Assembly (NCBI GenBank): GCA_002104905.1
Contig: MCFE01000456.1
Span: forward strand, 8,096-72,095
Reading direction: 5' to 3'
From: Basidiobolus meristosporus CBS 931.73
Taxonomy: Eukaryota > Fungi > Basidiobolomycota
DNA: 64,000 nucleotides
Both the position numbers and the translations under genes were made by a program. This document shows, piece by piece, positions 48,158 through 62,000 of the stretch; position 1 is the stretch's first letter, and each line of letters opens with the position of its first letter. The notes below the pieces were generated by a model that worked only from the letters and a program-made list of their open reading frames with translations, was not told the origin of the DNA and searched no databases.

Positions 48158-48483
48158 GGAAGTACATAAAGTACTTACATTTAAAGTTTATCACAACTAC
48201 TTTGAATTTCCATCTAAAATTGCATCTCTTCAAGAAAAGAAGTAACCAATAACAAAGCTAAGTGCCTTGGGAGAAAACCAATCAAAAGTACCTTATGTAT
48301 TGTTGCAATGAAAGATTTTGATTGTTTCTTGCAAAATCTGGGATGCAATTATTTTTTGATAGTCTTTACACAGTATCCTGATGGCACTAATACCTCTTAG
48401 TCACAGGACTTTAAGTTTGTGATGGCCAATTGATATGATCATCCCAATAACTTTTCATAGGGCACTACATTTTTTTTAAAGAG

Positions 48484-48555
48484 ATCATTAAGTGAAAACC
48501 ACATTATCTACTTGTGCACACAAACACTTCAGCTATCACTAAGTCTCTTACAACA
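48484..48555 (+). mobile_element. Family A Copia LTR 3' fragment
   Basis: ATCATTAAGTGAAAACCACATTATCTACTTGT...CTCTTACAACA matches the family A LTR end. Confidence 0.8.
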
Positions 48556-49309
48556 TCACAACATGGATTGCATTCCTTACAATTCTCCTGCAGGGGTGGT
48601 GATGTATTGAAGATCATATGCTGGTCTTCTACCAGTAATTTTATGCTGGCTACATTTTAATCAGCCTGAGTGTAATGACCAGCTTACCACTAGGCAGAGA
48701 TTCTCAGTTACATACTTGACTGAGAGCCTGATGAGTCTGTTCTACAGCTTTAGGTTGTCTTACTGTCAAAATAGACTTTTTTTGGATGTAGCCCTGTTGT
48801 TGCACTGCATATCAGAGCAAACTGTTGTCCAGCTGTTTCTCGGCTGCTATCAGTAATGAGGTCTGGTTGGGAATCTGACAACTTTGTTCTGTTCTGTGGC
48901 AGCATACATATGTAAGTGGGTCAAGCCAGATGGCAGAAAATAAATCATATGCCTGCACATGTGGTACCTCAGCGTTATTGATAATGCTTACTATCATGCA
49001 TCAGCCTTGATCTTTTTCCATCTTACAAGTAAAAGTACCAAAGAAGACCTGGTTTCTATGACTACTGTATGAAGTCAGGATATTGGGCAAGAGAAAATAG
49101 GGGTAAACTGGAGCAGGCAATCCATATGGCTACAGATGAACAGTTAATTGTAACTGTACATGAGAGTACAAGTAACTGTGGTAACAAATGATATATTGTC
49201 TGCCAAGTATCACAGCATATTTGTGGTATAAAGGTATGGTTCAGCAGCTAACTATTATTCCTGTAAAAATGGCTTATCTGGGAGACAACTCTGCACTGGA
49301 AGCTACAAA

Positions 49310-52300
49310 TGTGGTGGTGAGGAAGTCCAAGGGAGAGAAGTGTCTGTTGCTATAAAGTAGTGATTTAGATATGAGGGACATATCAAGAATTAGTGATAAT
49401 AGTTAAACTGTTGCTTACTTGTGAAGAAACACCATCTGGCACTCTGTGGCATGATCAGGCACCATCTGGCATGCTATGGCACTATTGGGCACTATGATCA
49501 GCTGGAATGATGGAACAAGTCTAATGTTTGGTGAGAGCGCTAATTTGACCTTAACTATGGTTAATAATCATTAGATCATAGATCTGGAAGAAAGTGGCAA
49601 ACTCAGGGCTACAAATGAGTCCCACAGTAACTAAGACTAGTCCAGAATAGTCAAGTAAATTTTAGCTGCTTAATAGTTCTAAATAGTCCAATAATTCAGC
49701 ACTCCTCCTCAACTAATGGATTTCTTAATCCTAATTTCTTCCTAAGATTTTCAAACTCTGGCCTAGCAAGTGGTTTCATATTAATTAAGTCATAAGATCT
49801 ATGCATATTAGTTGCTCCACAGTATTTCAGAACCATATTAATGAAACCTTGCAGATATCTGATGATTTGTTTAACTCTGTAATTTGATTAGCTGTGTAAT
49901 GCTGCATGAATTGACGGACCATTCCAGCTACCAACACATTATCTGGACATTTAGACACCACTAAGAACAGCAGGCCACCAACCATTGATTGATAGGGAAA
50001 AGTTTGGTCCATATTTGACCTTTTTGATCCAAAACTGATTGAGATTTGCTCAAATTTGGGTTATGGTCTTTGGAGTTGCTGCACGCTTACAATTTTTTAT
50101 TTTGAAGTATCTACCAATGTCCCTGATGTACTTAGACTCAGCACACTTCTACATGTAGAAATGTCAAACTTGACTTAAATCTCAAAAGAATAGCTCATCA
50201 TTTCAAGCTCCTTTATCTGAAACTTGCTGTAGAGATCTAATTTTGTGTGGTTAAGAGCCTCCTGGTCATATAATCTATTATTATCTCTTCCACATAAAGA
50301 ACTGGGATGATCACACCCTTTTTTGGCCATTTTGCACTTATACTTTTATCTGCAGTGCTGCAAATGAACCTAATCTCCTCCACATATGTGACAATCCTGT
50401 TTTACCATGCTTTACATGCCTATTTAGGTCCATGAAACAGTTATCTGAGTCTGCACTCCATACAGGGGTCATTTGGTTTGGTTAAACCTTTGGGTTGCTA
50501 CATACATATAGATTCTTGCAGATCACCATTTTGAAAGGCTGTGTTCACATCCATTTAGTGCAGATCTAGACTTTGTACAGCTGCCTGGGCTAGAACTGTC
50601 CTAATGGAGATAAACTTGGTAACTGCAGCAAATATTTTCTTAGATTCTGATCTCCAAATCTGGGAATAGCCTTTAGCAACAAATCTTGCCTTGTACTTAT
50701 CAACAGTACCATTTGAGGCTATCTTGATCTTGTAGACCTTTATGCAACCTATTAGCTTTTTCCATTTGCTAAATCTACCAGTTCCCATGTGTTTGCCCTG
50801 GTAAGTGGCTGTCACTGCTCCTGACTGGCTTACTGCCACATGGTAGCATCTGAGCTTTGCATTACCAGTCCCAGATTCTAAGGTTTGGAATATAAGGAAT
50901 AAAGTAATCTACTTTGTGAGCATTAGATGTCTACTAACAGTATCTGGGCGCAATTTTTAGTCTGGTAGATCTCCCAACTAGAACAATCTACTCTAGCCTG
51001 GAGCTGGTAGAGTTTCTTCTGTATCTGGCTGAGTTGTATACATGTATTCTTCATCAGTGTTGATGGCATCTTCAGGCAGCTGGCCAAGGATTGCAGTAGC
51101 TTTCTGATCTGAATTCTCCTTAAATGTGACATCCCTGCTTTTGATCAGCTTCTGAGCTTAACCATCATACACTCTGCATCTTTTAGTATCTCCACATTAC
51201 ACAAGAAAGATCCCTTTTCTAATCTTTGGCCTCAACTTTGAGCATTTTGTGTCAGGGATATGATAAAATACATCATTGCAAAATATCCTGAGGTGTTGGA
51301 GCTCTGGTTTTCTGCCTTCATATGCCTCAGAGTGTGGAGAATCATGTAGCGCTGATGAATGGCATCTTTTCTTGATGCATACTGAGGTAGCAATAGGTTC
51401 AGCCCAAAACTTGTAGTTCATTCCCACACCATGTAGTATAGATCTTCCCATCTCTACTATTGTTCTAATTGCACTTCCTGCTACTCCAGTTTGCTATGGA
51501 GCTTGTGCAACGGTGGTTTGTTGACATATACCAGTGGTTGAGCAGTACTCTGCAAACTCCTCAAGAGTGGTATTCTCCTCCATTGTCACTTCAAGTTACC
51601 TTTAATTTCCACCCAGTTTGTGTTATTGCCATGCTCTTGACGTGCTTGAATGTCCCTAGTGACTCATCATTTGCCTTGAGGAAGTACACCCATATATTTC
51701 TTGTCTTGTCATTAATAATAATCATAAAATGCCCCTTGGCTCCAAAGCATAGTGTTGTCATGAGCCCACATATGTCTGAGTGCACACTAGCCAGTATATC
51801 TGTAGTATCAGTGCCTCCAGAGCTCCTGAAACATTGCCTAGCTTGTTTGCTATGTGAATATCCCTCCCAGAAACACAATCTGATTGCAATTGTGTAATAT
51901 AGGCCCAAAACAAGCAGGTTTTTGACCAACTGGCTAATTTTCTGTCCCCAATGTGTTCTAACCTCCTATGCCATGTCTGCCTGCTAGCTTCATCAGTTTC
52001 AGCTATGCTGACATATTCAGGCACAATGATCTTGCATTGTACATTTATATATTGAGAACTCTGATTTCCAAAGCAAGTTTTGTCTGTTTTCACTCAATAT
52101 TAAGCAGCTTAGCCTAGTAGAAGCAAATTCAAGTACTTGGGTAGTTGCTCACTGACTGAGAATTGGTTCTTAGCTTTTACAAGCACCTAGAGTAAATCAG
52201 TCAGTTTTGCTGCTATTGCCACTAAGATATCACTGATATTTAGCTGTATAAACCTACTAATGGTAGCTTCCAGTGCTGAGTTGCATCTCAGAGAAACCTT

Positions 52301-54111
52301 ACATGTGGGAATGGTTGTATTTCTGAGTCACTCCTTTATTTTGCAAACATGTTGTGATGCTCCAGGGTCAATATACCACTTATTACTCTGATTACTGGCA
52401 CTATGTTGTACAGTTACAACTAACTGCTCACATGTAGTTGTATGATATGCCTGCTCTGGTTTTGGCTTTGTTCAACTTTTTTCTTCTTGCATTCTCTTGC
52501 CCAGTGTCCTGGCTATCTCCAGCAGTTACTGCATCCAGGTTTTCTTTGGTTTTGTTGCTTTCCCTTCTGTTTTGTGTGCCTTTTGGAGCTGAATAAAGCA
52601 TGGACTTCAACTTTCTCTGCTTGATCATTATATCTGAGTTCCTTGTGGGGAAGTCTTCCTTTGATATAGTTGGAGGTCAGATTGTCCAAAGCTTTCTTTC
52701 CTCAATGTGGATCTGCATTGTGATTCTCCAAAATCTGTAGTTCTTTCCATCAAAAATCTCCCTTACAGGGAGGATGTTTGTGTTGTTCTGCTTGCTAGTA
52801 GAAGTAGTATTTATAATAGATTAAGGCAAGTGGGGCTCAAAACCTGTTGCAATTTTAGATGTGATTTGAATAGTAGGAACTTATTAAGAAGTAGTGATAA
52901 TAGTAGAACCATTGATTATTCATAAAGAAGCTCAGTATTGATGCCTTTGCAGAAGTAATACAGTGTAACACTAAGTAAGGAGATTTTCTCAACATTCAGG
53001 AGAATACTATAACAGTTTAAGGATTAATACATAATGATTGGTAAAATGCTAATTTGATCTTGTCTTGAGGGGAGTAATCATTAAATCATAGATATGTACA
53101 AAAGTGGCATATTTAGGGCTGCAAATGAGTCCTACAGTGACTAAACTAGTCCAGAGCTGTTAAGTAAGCTTTTAGCTGCTGAATGATACCAAATATCCTA
53201 ATATTGTAAAAGTGTCCAACACTTGTCAAGTGTTTTGTGTGCGGGGTGTTTGCTGGGTGCAACAACCTCTGGCAAAAGCTTGCTAGCAATATTTGGGTTT
53301 TGTCTCTACTCTAATGTGAAGTGGTGTAAAGCCACAAGTTTGCCATGGGCAAACTAATGAGCTACATATTCTAACTTAGTTGACATGTTAACAAAGGTAT
53401 GTGTTGGGATCAACATCCATTGAGATGCCAGTGTAATAAAACTTCCAAAGTCAAAGCAGCGGTAAACTCTACCAGCAGGAACTTGACAAGGATGCAGCTG
53501 TGCTCAACTGTTACAAATATAGAAGAATATTGTTGCCTGTACAACAATGAGCTTGTGAAAGAATCAGATATAATAGAAGACACCAACCCTAGGTATTCCT
53601 TATAAGTGGTGCCTCTATGGTTGGTTGGTTGTCAGTGTGGCTTCCTGGCAGTGTTCTGTGGTCCATGAGTGAAAGTTCAGGTAGCAGCTGGTGGCAGTGA
53701 TCACACTAATCAACAAGTTGCTATATTGATAAAAAGGATGATGATTTCTTGTAGAGGGATTGCCTCCCTTATTTACTTTTCTCACTGGCCAAGTGACTAC
53801 CAATTGTGATGTTCTGGAAGGTTTCAGAGATCAATAGGATTCTTCTTGATATCAGAATGCGCTAGGAATGTTCTAAGTAGAAGCAAAATGGTTCCAAGAG
53901 GCATAGCACATCCAACCAATCAGGGATCAGCATTCTGCACCCTGCAGAACATAGGCACCACATATGGATAAAAATGGTAGGCAGCTTACAGGATAGCACT
54001 GATCAGACAAGACAAATGGGATACAAATAAAATAGGGGTAGTGGAGAAGTAGGGAAGTAAAATATGGGAATGAGCACCCCTGTCAGTTGTTCTCCCTATA
54101 ACCCCATCACA
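49310..54111 (-). mobile_element. LTR family C copy, interrupted by Copia B1
   Basis: 53217-54111 and 49310-49344 align in reverse complement with the family C copy at 54653-55796 (e.g. GCACATCCAACCAATCAGG; TGTGGTGGTG terminus). No TSD found. Confidence 0.7.
49345..53211 (-). mobile_element. Degenerate full-length Copia B1 (LTR family B)
   Basis: LTRs at 52845-53211 and 49345-49701, TSD GTGTC at 49340-49344 and 53212-53216, PBS variant GGTTTTGAGCCCC, PPT at 49702. Relic PR (WYIDPGASQH), IN (VHSDICG), RT (YKARFVAKGYSQ) and RH. Confidence 0.88.
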
Positions 54112-54652
54112 CTGTCAGTAAATCTTTACTGCAAAAGATGAGTGATAACCTGGGGGCAACAACAGCCAATCTAAATGACAGACTCCTTGTGCCTGAACTA
54201 GTGTGGAACCTACTCTCAGTGAGTGATGCAACTACTAAGGGACTGAAATTTGCTTTTACTAAGCTGTGCTGCTTACATTTGATTGAATAGGACAAAGATT
54301 AGCTTAGGGAATCAGAGATCATAATATTTACCAGTAACAATGCATGACCATTGTACCTGAGTATGTGGATATTGTGCACTCAGACATATGTTGGCTATGG
54401 GAATACTATCCATTAGAGCCAGGAGATACTTTACAAAATTTACTGATGACAGAGTTTGATTTTTATGGGTGAACTCCCTGAAGATAAAGGATGCAGCTTT
54501 AGAGATATTGAAGCTATTGAAGAGCATGGCAAAACCACAAACTAAGTTTAAGTCAATGGTACTTTAGGGTAACATTGGAGGAGAATACTGTTCTAAGGAA
54601 TTAACAGAATAATGCTCAACTACTGTTATACTTCAGCAAATCACTGTCCTGC

Positions 54653-55796
54653 TGTGGTAGGGTAAACATACCTCCCACAGCCAAGTTTATTCATATAGCC
54701 ATTATGATATACTTATCCATATTTTATCTCATCAGTATTATCCCATTCTTCTTTTGCCCATATTATCAATATGATCCCCATATGATGTTTACCCTGATTA
54801 GTTATTAGCATTGGTTATCCCAGATGTTATTCAGCTTTGTGATCAGTGTATGTATCTACATAATGCAAGTACCGGTGTCAGTACCCATGAAACATGACCT
54901 AGGTCTGTTTTACCATCCCTGCCATTTCAATACCATATATTGTATTTCTATGTTGCACAGGTTACAGACTACTGATTCCTGATTGGTTGGATGTGCTGTG
55001 CCTTTTAGAACCTTGCAGGACATTCTTGGTGTATTTTTAGCTCATAGTGATGTGATCAAGAATTCTGCTGATGCCTAGAATCTTCTAGAACCTTGTCATT
55101 AGTGATCACTTGGCAATCAGGAAAAGCATTTAAGGGAGAGCAATCCCTCATCAATAAATTATCCCTTTTATCAGTAACACTTCTGTCTTACTGATCAGCA
55201 GTTGATCACTGCCCCTGCCTTCAACAGTACATCTCAGACCTGCCATCAAGGAGCTTTTCAGGGTAGTGCACAAGACACACAGAGGTCTTTGGAGACACTT
55301 GGAGCACCTAGGAAGCTAGAGAAGCAGGAGCTCTTGTTACAAGTCTTGGTATAAGTACTGTAGAGGAGTAGGGAGTGATCTTTATTAAGGTTCCAGCAGC
55401 TCCTTGTATACATTTTGCCAGATCAATTGCTGACTAATTGTATTTCCTAATGTAGGTTGTGGCTGATGACTCATTTGATTGCATCATCATCACCCAATAA
55501 GATCCTACTTAATATATCTATTTTTATCTGATAAGGATCTGCTGATTCAGTTGCTGACTAATGTTACTGATATGATAGATAATAGTGATATACTGATTAC
55601 CTAAACATATATCTAATTGATTTGACTAAAAACTGATCTAACTTAAACATTCCAGCGGCAGATCATAACACTTTAACCATAGTGGCATATTGACAATGAC
55701 ACCAGCAGTTTATATACAGAGGTTATCGCACCCATCAGACACCTCACACACCTTGAGTAGTGTAGCTTCTCCCAGGAGTACCTCTACACCACCACA
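54653..55796 (+). mobile_element. Solo LTR family C inserted in the Copia integrase
   Basis: TGTGGT...ACCACA inverted termini; 4-bp TSD CTGC/CCGC; removing it restores integrase I-T-V-P-H-T. Confidence 0.8.
55335..55670 (+). mobile_element. Solo LTR family D nested in solo LTR C
   Basis: TGTTAC...CATAACA; homologous in reverse complement to 62291-62656; flanks CTCT/CTTT (imperfect 4-bp TSD). Confidence 0.75.
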
Positions 55797-56483
55797 CCGC
55801 ACACTCTGTAGCTAAATGGAGTAGCAGAACATGTAAATGGGACCAAAATAGAGAAGGCAGCATATATACTCTATGATAAGTGAATAGACAATAAGTGTTA
55901 GCTGAATCTGATGCTACTGGGATATATATGTAAAACAGCCAACCCACACAGCACTATGTGCTTCAGCACCTTTGGAAGCATATACCGGCAAGAAACCAGA
56001 CTTTCAACACTTCAGGATCTCTAGCAGTGATGTTTTCTAATGTATTCCCAACAGAAATGCTCAAAGTGAAATCTGAAAGATAGAAAAAGAACAATGCTTG
56101 GGTATAGAAAAGATACTATAGGCCATTGAGTGCATAGCAGCATAATTCAGAAGCTGAGCAAAGGTAGGGATATTGTATTTGAGCAAAGTTCAGATCAGAA
56201 AGCCACTGTGATCATTGGCCTGCTGCCTGATGATGTAACTGTTAATAATAGAGTGGCCACATATCTAATGGATCCTCATAGAGAAGAGAACTCCGCCAAT
56301 TCTGGATCACAGCATATTTTCCCAGTGAGCAGATTTTCCAGAATAAGAAACATCCCCAGACCTTTGCGGCAGGCAATCAGTGACCATGAAGAGGTTTATC
56401 TTGCCTTACAGGCCAAATTGCAGAATCTGGAATAGGCAATAGCGGGAGGCATCTGTTAAGTATGAAGAAGCTTATCTTGCCTT

Positions 56484-56852
56484 TGTTGAAATATTGGGCT
56501 ATTTGGTATCATCAGCAGCTCAATACTTACTTAGCAATTCTAAACTAGTCTTGGTCACTGTAGGACTAATTTACAGCCCTAACTTCACCACTTTCTTCAA
56601 ATCTATGATCCTATTATTATTTCCCTACAGCCAAGATCTAATTATCCATGTTTATCAGACATAATTCACCAACCCTGAAACTGCTACAGAATGCTCCTGA
56701 GTGTCAAAAAACACTCCTTACTCAATACTACAACCATATTACTTCTACATAGGTATAAATGTTGAGCCTTGTTATGAGTAAACAGTAGTTCAACTATCAC
56801 CACTTTTTCCTGATCAGCTCATTTTATCCCAATCACTTCCTAAGTTGCTACA
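56484..56852 (+). mobile_element. Solo LTR family B
   Basis: 369 bp, TGTTGAAATATTGG...GCTACA, homologous to 62674-63042 and 52845-53211; flanks GCCTT/GCCTA. Confidence 0.8.
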
Positions 56853-58263
56853 GCCTAATGTGCTGAATCTTAGAGCCTGGAACAGGCAATGCAAAGTCCA
56901 GATGCGGCAATGTTGCAAAATGACATACAGAAGGAGTACAAATCACAGATTAATGCAAAAAATTGGGAGCTGGAAGATTGACAAGATAGGATAAAGCCAA
57001 TAGGATATAAATTGGTCTACAGGATCAAGATAACATCAAATGGCACTGGTAGTAAGTATGCAGCTGAAATGATGGCTAAATGATAAAAAAGATACAGGTA
57101 CAATACTTCAGGGAAACACTTGCTCCAGTAGTCAAGTTTAACTCCTTGGGGATGGTTTAAACCCTTGCAGCTGCACATGGACCAGATCCATATCAGCTGG
57201 ATGTCAAAAGTGCCTTTCTAGATAGGGACATGCCAGAAGCTACATGCATGGAGCAGCCAGAAGGCTTTACCATTCCACAAGGTCCCTGTAAGGTACAGAT
57301 TTGGATGATTGTGGTATGGGCTTAAGCAGGCACCCAGAGCATGATATAATATGCTTGCCACACATTAAGAGGAGATTGGGTGCATTTTTAGCACTGCAGA
57401 TCACAGCGCATATGCAAAGCAGCTTAAAAGGTGGTGATTTCCTGGTACTCTGTATGGACAACTTGGCAATACCTGCATGTGATTGGGAGGCACTTTGACA
57501 GTCAGAATACAAGCTTTTCAGCTATCTTGAGATGAAAGATCTTAGAGCAGTGACCCCTTTTCTGGGAGTTGAAGTAAAGGTTGATTATTTACACAGAAAA
57601 CTGAGCTGAAGTAGCCTGAGTATATACAGGACACTTTTAAATACTTCATAATGAAAAACTGTAAGCATGCAGCAACCCAACTGGAGAGTAACCTAAAGTT
57701 GAGCTTATATCAGCCAGTTTGGGATGAGCACAGCTCAATATGGACCAAAATTCTGCTATCAATGAAAGGTTATACACTGATATAATCAATTGTATCAATA
57801 CCATCACATAATGCAGTTGCAGTGGAAATAGTCTGCATGATTAATCAGAATAAAGGATCTGACCATATTGCAACAGTTGAGCAAATGTTCAGATATATGC
57901 AGGTTACTACAAATATGCTTTTAGAGTACTCCAAGGCAGCTAAATGACAAAAATATACTAGCCATATTCATTCTGAATGGGGCAGGGATCTGATTGACAG
58001 ATGCTCTACCACTGGGTAAGTATTTCTATATGCTGGTGCAGCAATTAGTTGGAATTACATGAGAAAACCAACTGTAGGACCCACTATAATTGAGGCAGAG
58101 TATATGGTGCCTTTCATGCAGGTAAGGTAGCTTTATGATTACAAATTATGCAAAGACCAAGGTTTATGATCCAAAGAGCCAGGTTGTATATACAAGGGTA
58201 ATTAAGGTTGTATTTCAATGGCTAGAGATCCCACCAATATTGACAGAACTAAGTACCTAGATA

Positions 58264-58391
58264 TACTATTGGACTATTTGGTATCATTCAGCAGCTAAAA
58301 GCTTACCCAGCAGTTCTGAACTAGATTTACTATTGGACTGTTTGGTATCATTCAGCAACTAAAAGCTTACCCGGCAGTTCTGAACTAGATT
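58264..58391. repeat. 64-bp tandem duplication within a family B LTR
   Basis: TACTATTGGACT.TTTGGTATCATTCAGCA.CTAAAAGCTTACCC.GCAGTTCTGAACTAGATT at 58264 and 58328; three mismatches, all transitions. Confidence 0.9.
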
Positions 58392-59039
58392 TAGCCACCT
58401 CAGGACTTGTCTGAAGACTTAGCTTTGCCTCTCTCTTTCAGATCTATGATCTTATGATTATTCCCCATAGTCAAGGTCAAATAGTGCTTTTACCATACAT
58501 TAGGTACTAACCCTGAAACTGTATCAGTATGCTCCAGAGTATTGAGAAACTCTCCTTACTTATTGTTACATTTATATTACTTCTAGAAAGGTATAAGTAC
58601 TGAACTTCTTCACAAATAAGCAACAGTTTAACTATTATCACTATTTCTTGAAAAATTCCTTGTATCCTAGTCACTTCTTGATTGCCACAGACAAAATGGA
58701 TGTTATCCCCCAAATTCACAACTTTAAGCAAGCCTTGAAAATATGCCTGGATTGGGGGTTCAACTGTATATGGGGTTGTTGCATGAATGGATGTATGGTG
58801 ATGAACACTTCAACAATTCTGAAACTGTTTACATCAAAGTCATATTGAACAAATATCCTGGACTTGGTATTCAACACATGTTCAAAACTGGTCCTACACC
58901 CAACAAATTGCCAAAGTAGTATATTAGAACACATGGACAGTTGAAACTGTTGAAGAAGACTCCTTATTCAACTACTATTGCTATTTCTTGATAAATTCTG
59001 CATATCTAGAACACTTTGTAAATTACAGCATCACTTGCT

Positions 59040-62000
59040 TGGTCACCAATTGGTAGGGTGAAAATGAACATTCTTCAATGTTCTTCTCTGGCCCTGCACA
59101 TTGAGGCCCAAAGTAGCTCCTTGCATTATTTGTTAGCAATACAACATTCCCAACTGTCCATGCCTCTGATTATATAATCATTTTGAATCTCTGGTGCTTC
59201 TTTTCAGCAAACTGAGACACATTAGCCTGCTCCTCTTGACTTCTTCATGCCAGTTGTTGATGCTTGCTTTTACATTGCTGACTGGGCTCATCTTCGAGAG
59301 TATGTGTTAGCGTTAGCTTTGTGTGATCTTGTGGCAATCTTGGCTCACAACAATACACTGGACTTGCTCAATTGTACAGTTCCATGGCATGCAGTGAAAT
59401 CTGAAGTTGTGTAGTTCAATTGTGTGTGCTGCTGTGGCTATCCATAGGCAGGGTTGCTCTTGGACAATCAGTCTAGTATCAAGATCTGATTCTTTAATGT
59501 AACACACACAGGGCTAGTGGATTGCTGGTTTTGGTGAGTGAACATGGTGTCACCGCTTGCACACAACTAGCTAAGTAGGTGCTAAACATATCAAATAGCT
59601 CCACTGGTGTTACAGATGAGGTATAAGCATGCAGGGTATTACTTGGTCAAGGCTCTGTCTTAAACATGAGACAACTTTAATACTACCTAAATCAGAGTTT
59701 AGTAGACTTGATTTGTTAGATAGTGCCACATTGAGCCATGAGTGCCAAATGATGCCATAGTGTGCCTGAGAGGCCAAGTAAACCTATATTTGGCCACAGA
59801 GTGTGAAGCATAGCTCTGCATCATCATGCAAAGCAGCCCCCATGTTTCACTTATGATGTAGGAGAAAAACAATTTTTTGACATTTATTTGTGGATCAATG
59901 ATGTGCAGGAAATGTAAGAGCACAGAAGAACTGACAGCATGCATCAGGTTTGCAATATTCATGGCACTCTAAATCTAGCTTCTGTGGCTGATGACATGTC
60001 ACAAAAATGCATGGCACTATCTAGGTCCACTGGTACTATCTGGCACTATAAGTGCTTTGTATAGATCTTACTTTAGGGTTAATAATTATACCAGATGCTT
60101 ATCTTCAATCATTTTGTGGTTGTACAGATCCTGCACAAAATTGACCTAAAAAAAAGGTCAAAAATGGATTTTCTCCAACATACTGGGTGAATCATGGGGG
60201 CTGCTTTGCATGAAGATGAAGAGCTATGTTTCACACACTATGGCCAAGTATAGGTTCTCTTGGCCTTTCTGGCAAACTATGAAGGCATTTGGTACTTATG
60301 GCTCAATGTGGCACTATCCAATGGAGCCAATCTGGTGATCACTAGATTGCAACAACTTGGTTTGCATTGCAAAAAAAGGGAGTTGCTTGGATCATGATAA
60401 ATGATAGTAACTCAACACAACTCCATGACCTTCTCCTACACTTTTTCTCAAAGGGATAATTACTAATGTATTTTGGCAGTTATCCACCCTGCGCACCTAA
60501 ACTACTTTCTAACTAACATTTCTATCAGCTGCTTGTATACTCAAAGTCAGTATTATGCCATCTGATTGATGAGTGCTATGCTGGAGCTTGGCTGCACTGA
60601 ATTGCTCTAGAAGATGTTACAGAACCAGCCCAAAGCACCATGCACTAACATGTGCTTTTACTTGCCTATGGCTCCTGAGGCAGAGGCATCTCTGGTGGAC
60701 CATTATTAGTCAGGTCACCAGAAGTGACATACTAATGGTCAGGTGCTTTTGCATATGCTGGCACAACTTGATGAGTAGGCATGGTCCTTGTCTGAGTTTT
60801 ATGTACTGTCATATTTTGACACAACTTGGCCGGCTTCAATGGACTTGTAATTAATTGAGCAGTCTGGTGAGATCTGGGAGCTTTGCTCTGAACTGTGCAC
60901 AATGACTTAGCGCTTAATGCTCCTGTGAAGGGTGTGGTGTAGATTGAATTGATGCGCATGGGTGCACAGGTGGTGCAAGGTATGGTAAGGACTTGTGTAA
61001 ACCTATCTGCTGGCATCCAGACATAGAACCTGTCCTGCAGCTTTCTACACTAGTCATTGCATCACTGTTGACTCTCTGAGGTGTCCAGTCTTGATAGATA
61101 AATGAGCAGTAGCCAAATATATGTACAAAGGCTTGCCATAGATACTTGGGACATACTAAAATCAGTTGGTAAGCACTCAGTTGGATTCAAGATAATATCT
61201 TCTGGTCTGGGCTGCATTAGTGAGTTCAAGGATGGATACTCTATGTATGTACTAAGGATGAGTTGTGACATAGTATAGGCTCATAGTGATGGATTTGGAT
61301 AACTAAACAGTTGTATATTGATATCAACCTGGTGTATATGAGTCTTATATGCAAAACAATGTAATTGTTGAGTTTTCAGTATATAATACATGATGCATCT
61401 TGGATATTTTTGACACAGATCAGATCACATCAGCTGCAGATTTCCTATTTGAATACAGACTTGTAAGTGAATCATGAGCAGAATCACCAAGTCATTGTTT
61501 GTGGATGACTTTTGAATCATAATGATGGGATATGTGGCAATTGATGGAGATTAGATAATAATGCAAGGTAAATCAAAAAAATTAAGCTGATAGTGTCAAG
61601 TCAATGCCAATTGAAAGTATACATTCACATATAAATTTTAACACTACTTACTCATCTTAATGGTATTATCTTTTTAATCCAATCAATGCCACTGGATTTC
61701 CGTGATAAATTTGGGGAGACCCGTACCAGGTACAGTGGACTGTTTACCCCAGTGTACTCAAGGAGACCCTTGTTGAGCCTCTCTGCTATTACAGGAACCA
61801 TTATCCTACAAAATTTAATCCTACCATTAATAGCAACAAAAGCCCTTGAGACTATAATTCCCAGCTAACAGCAATGAAGGCGCTCCTTGCAGAGGGAATG
61901 AATGACTCCAAACAAGCTTGGAATATTAGGTCAGAAGCTCCAGTAGACTCCCATCTCACAGGATGTGCCAAATTTCTAAATGGTGTTTGCAAAGTGTCTT

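Larger units (their letters stand above)
54120..58689 (+). mobile_element. Heavily degenerate Copia (PR-IN-RT-RH) with family B LTR at 58264-58689; carries three nested solo LTRs
   Basis: Relic motifs VPELVWNLLSVS, IVHSDIC, GGEY, ITVPHT..NGVAE (rejoined across an insertion), EP-linker, RT and RNase H-like segments. Confidence 0.75.

Noticed and set aside
56479-56857. GCCTT target site used by both E1 and the solo B LTR (possible sequence-specific integration)
   Set aside because: Only four Copia TSDs are available, and they share no consensus once oriented to the element strand.
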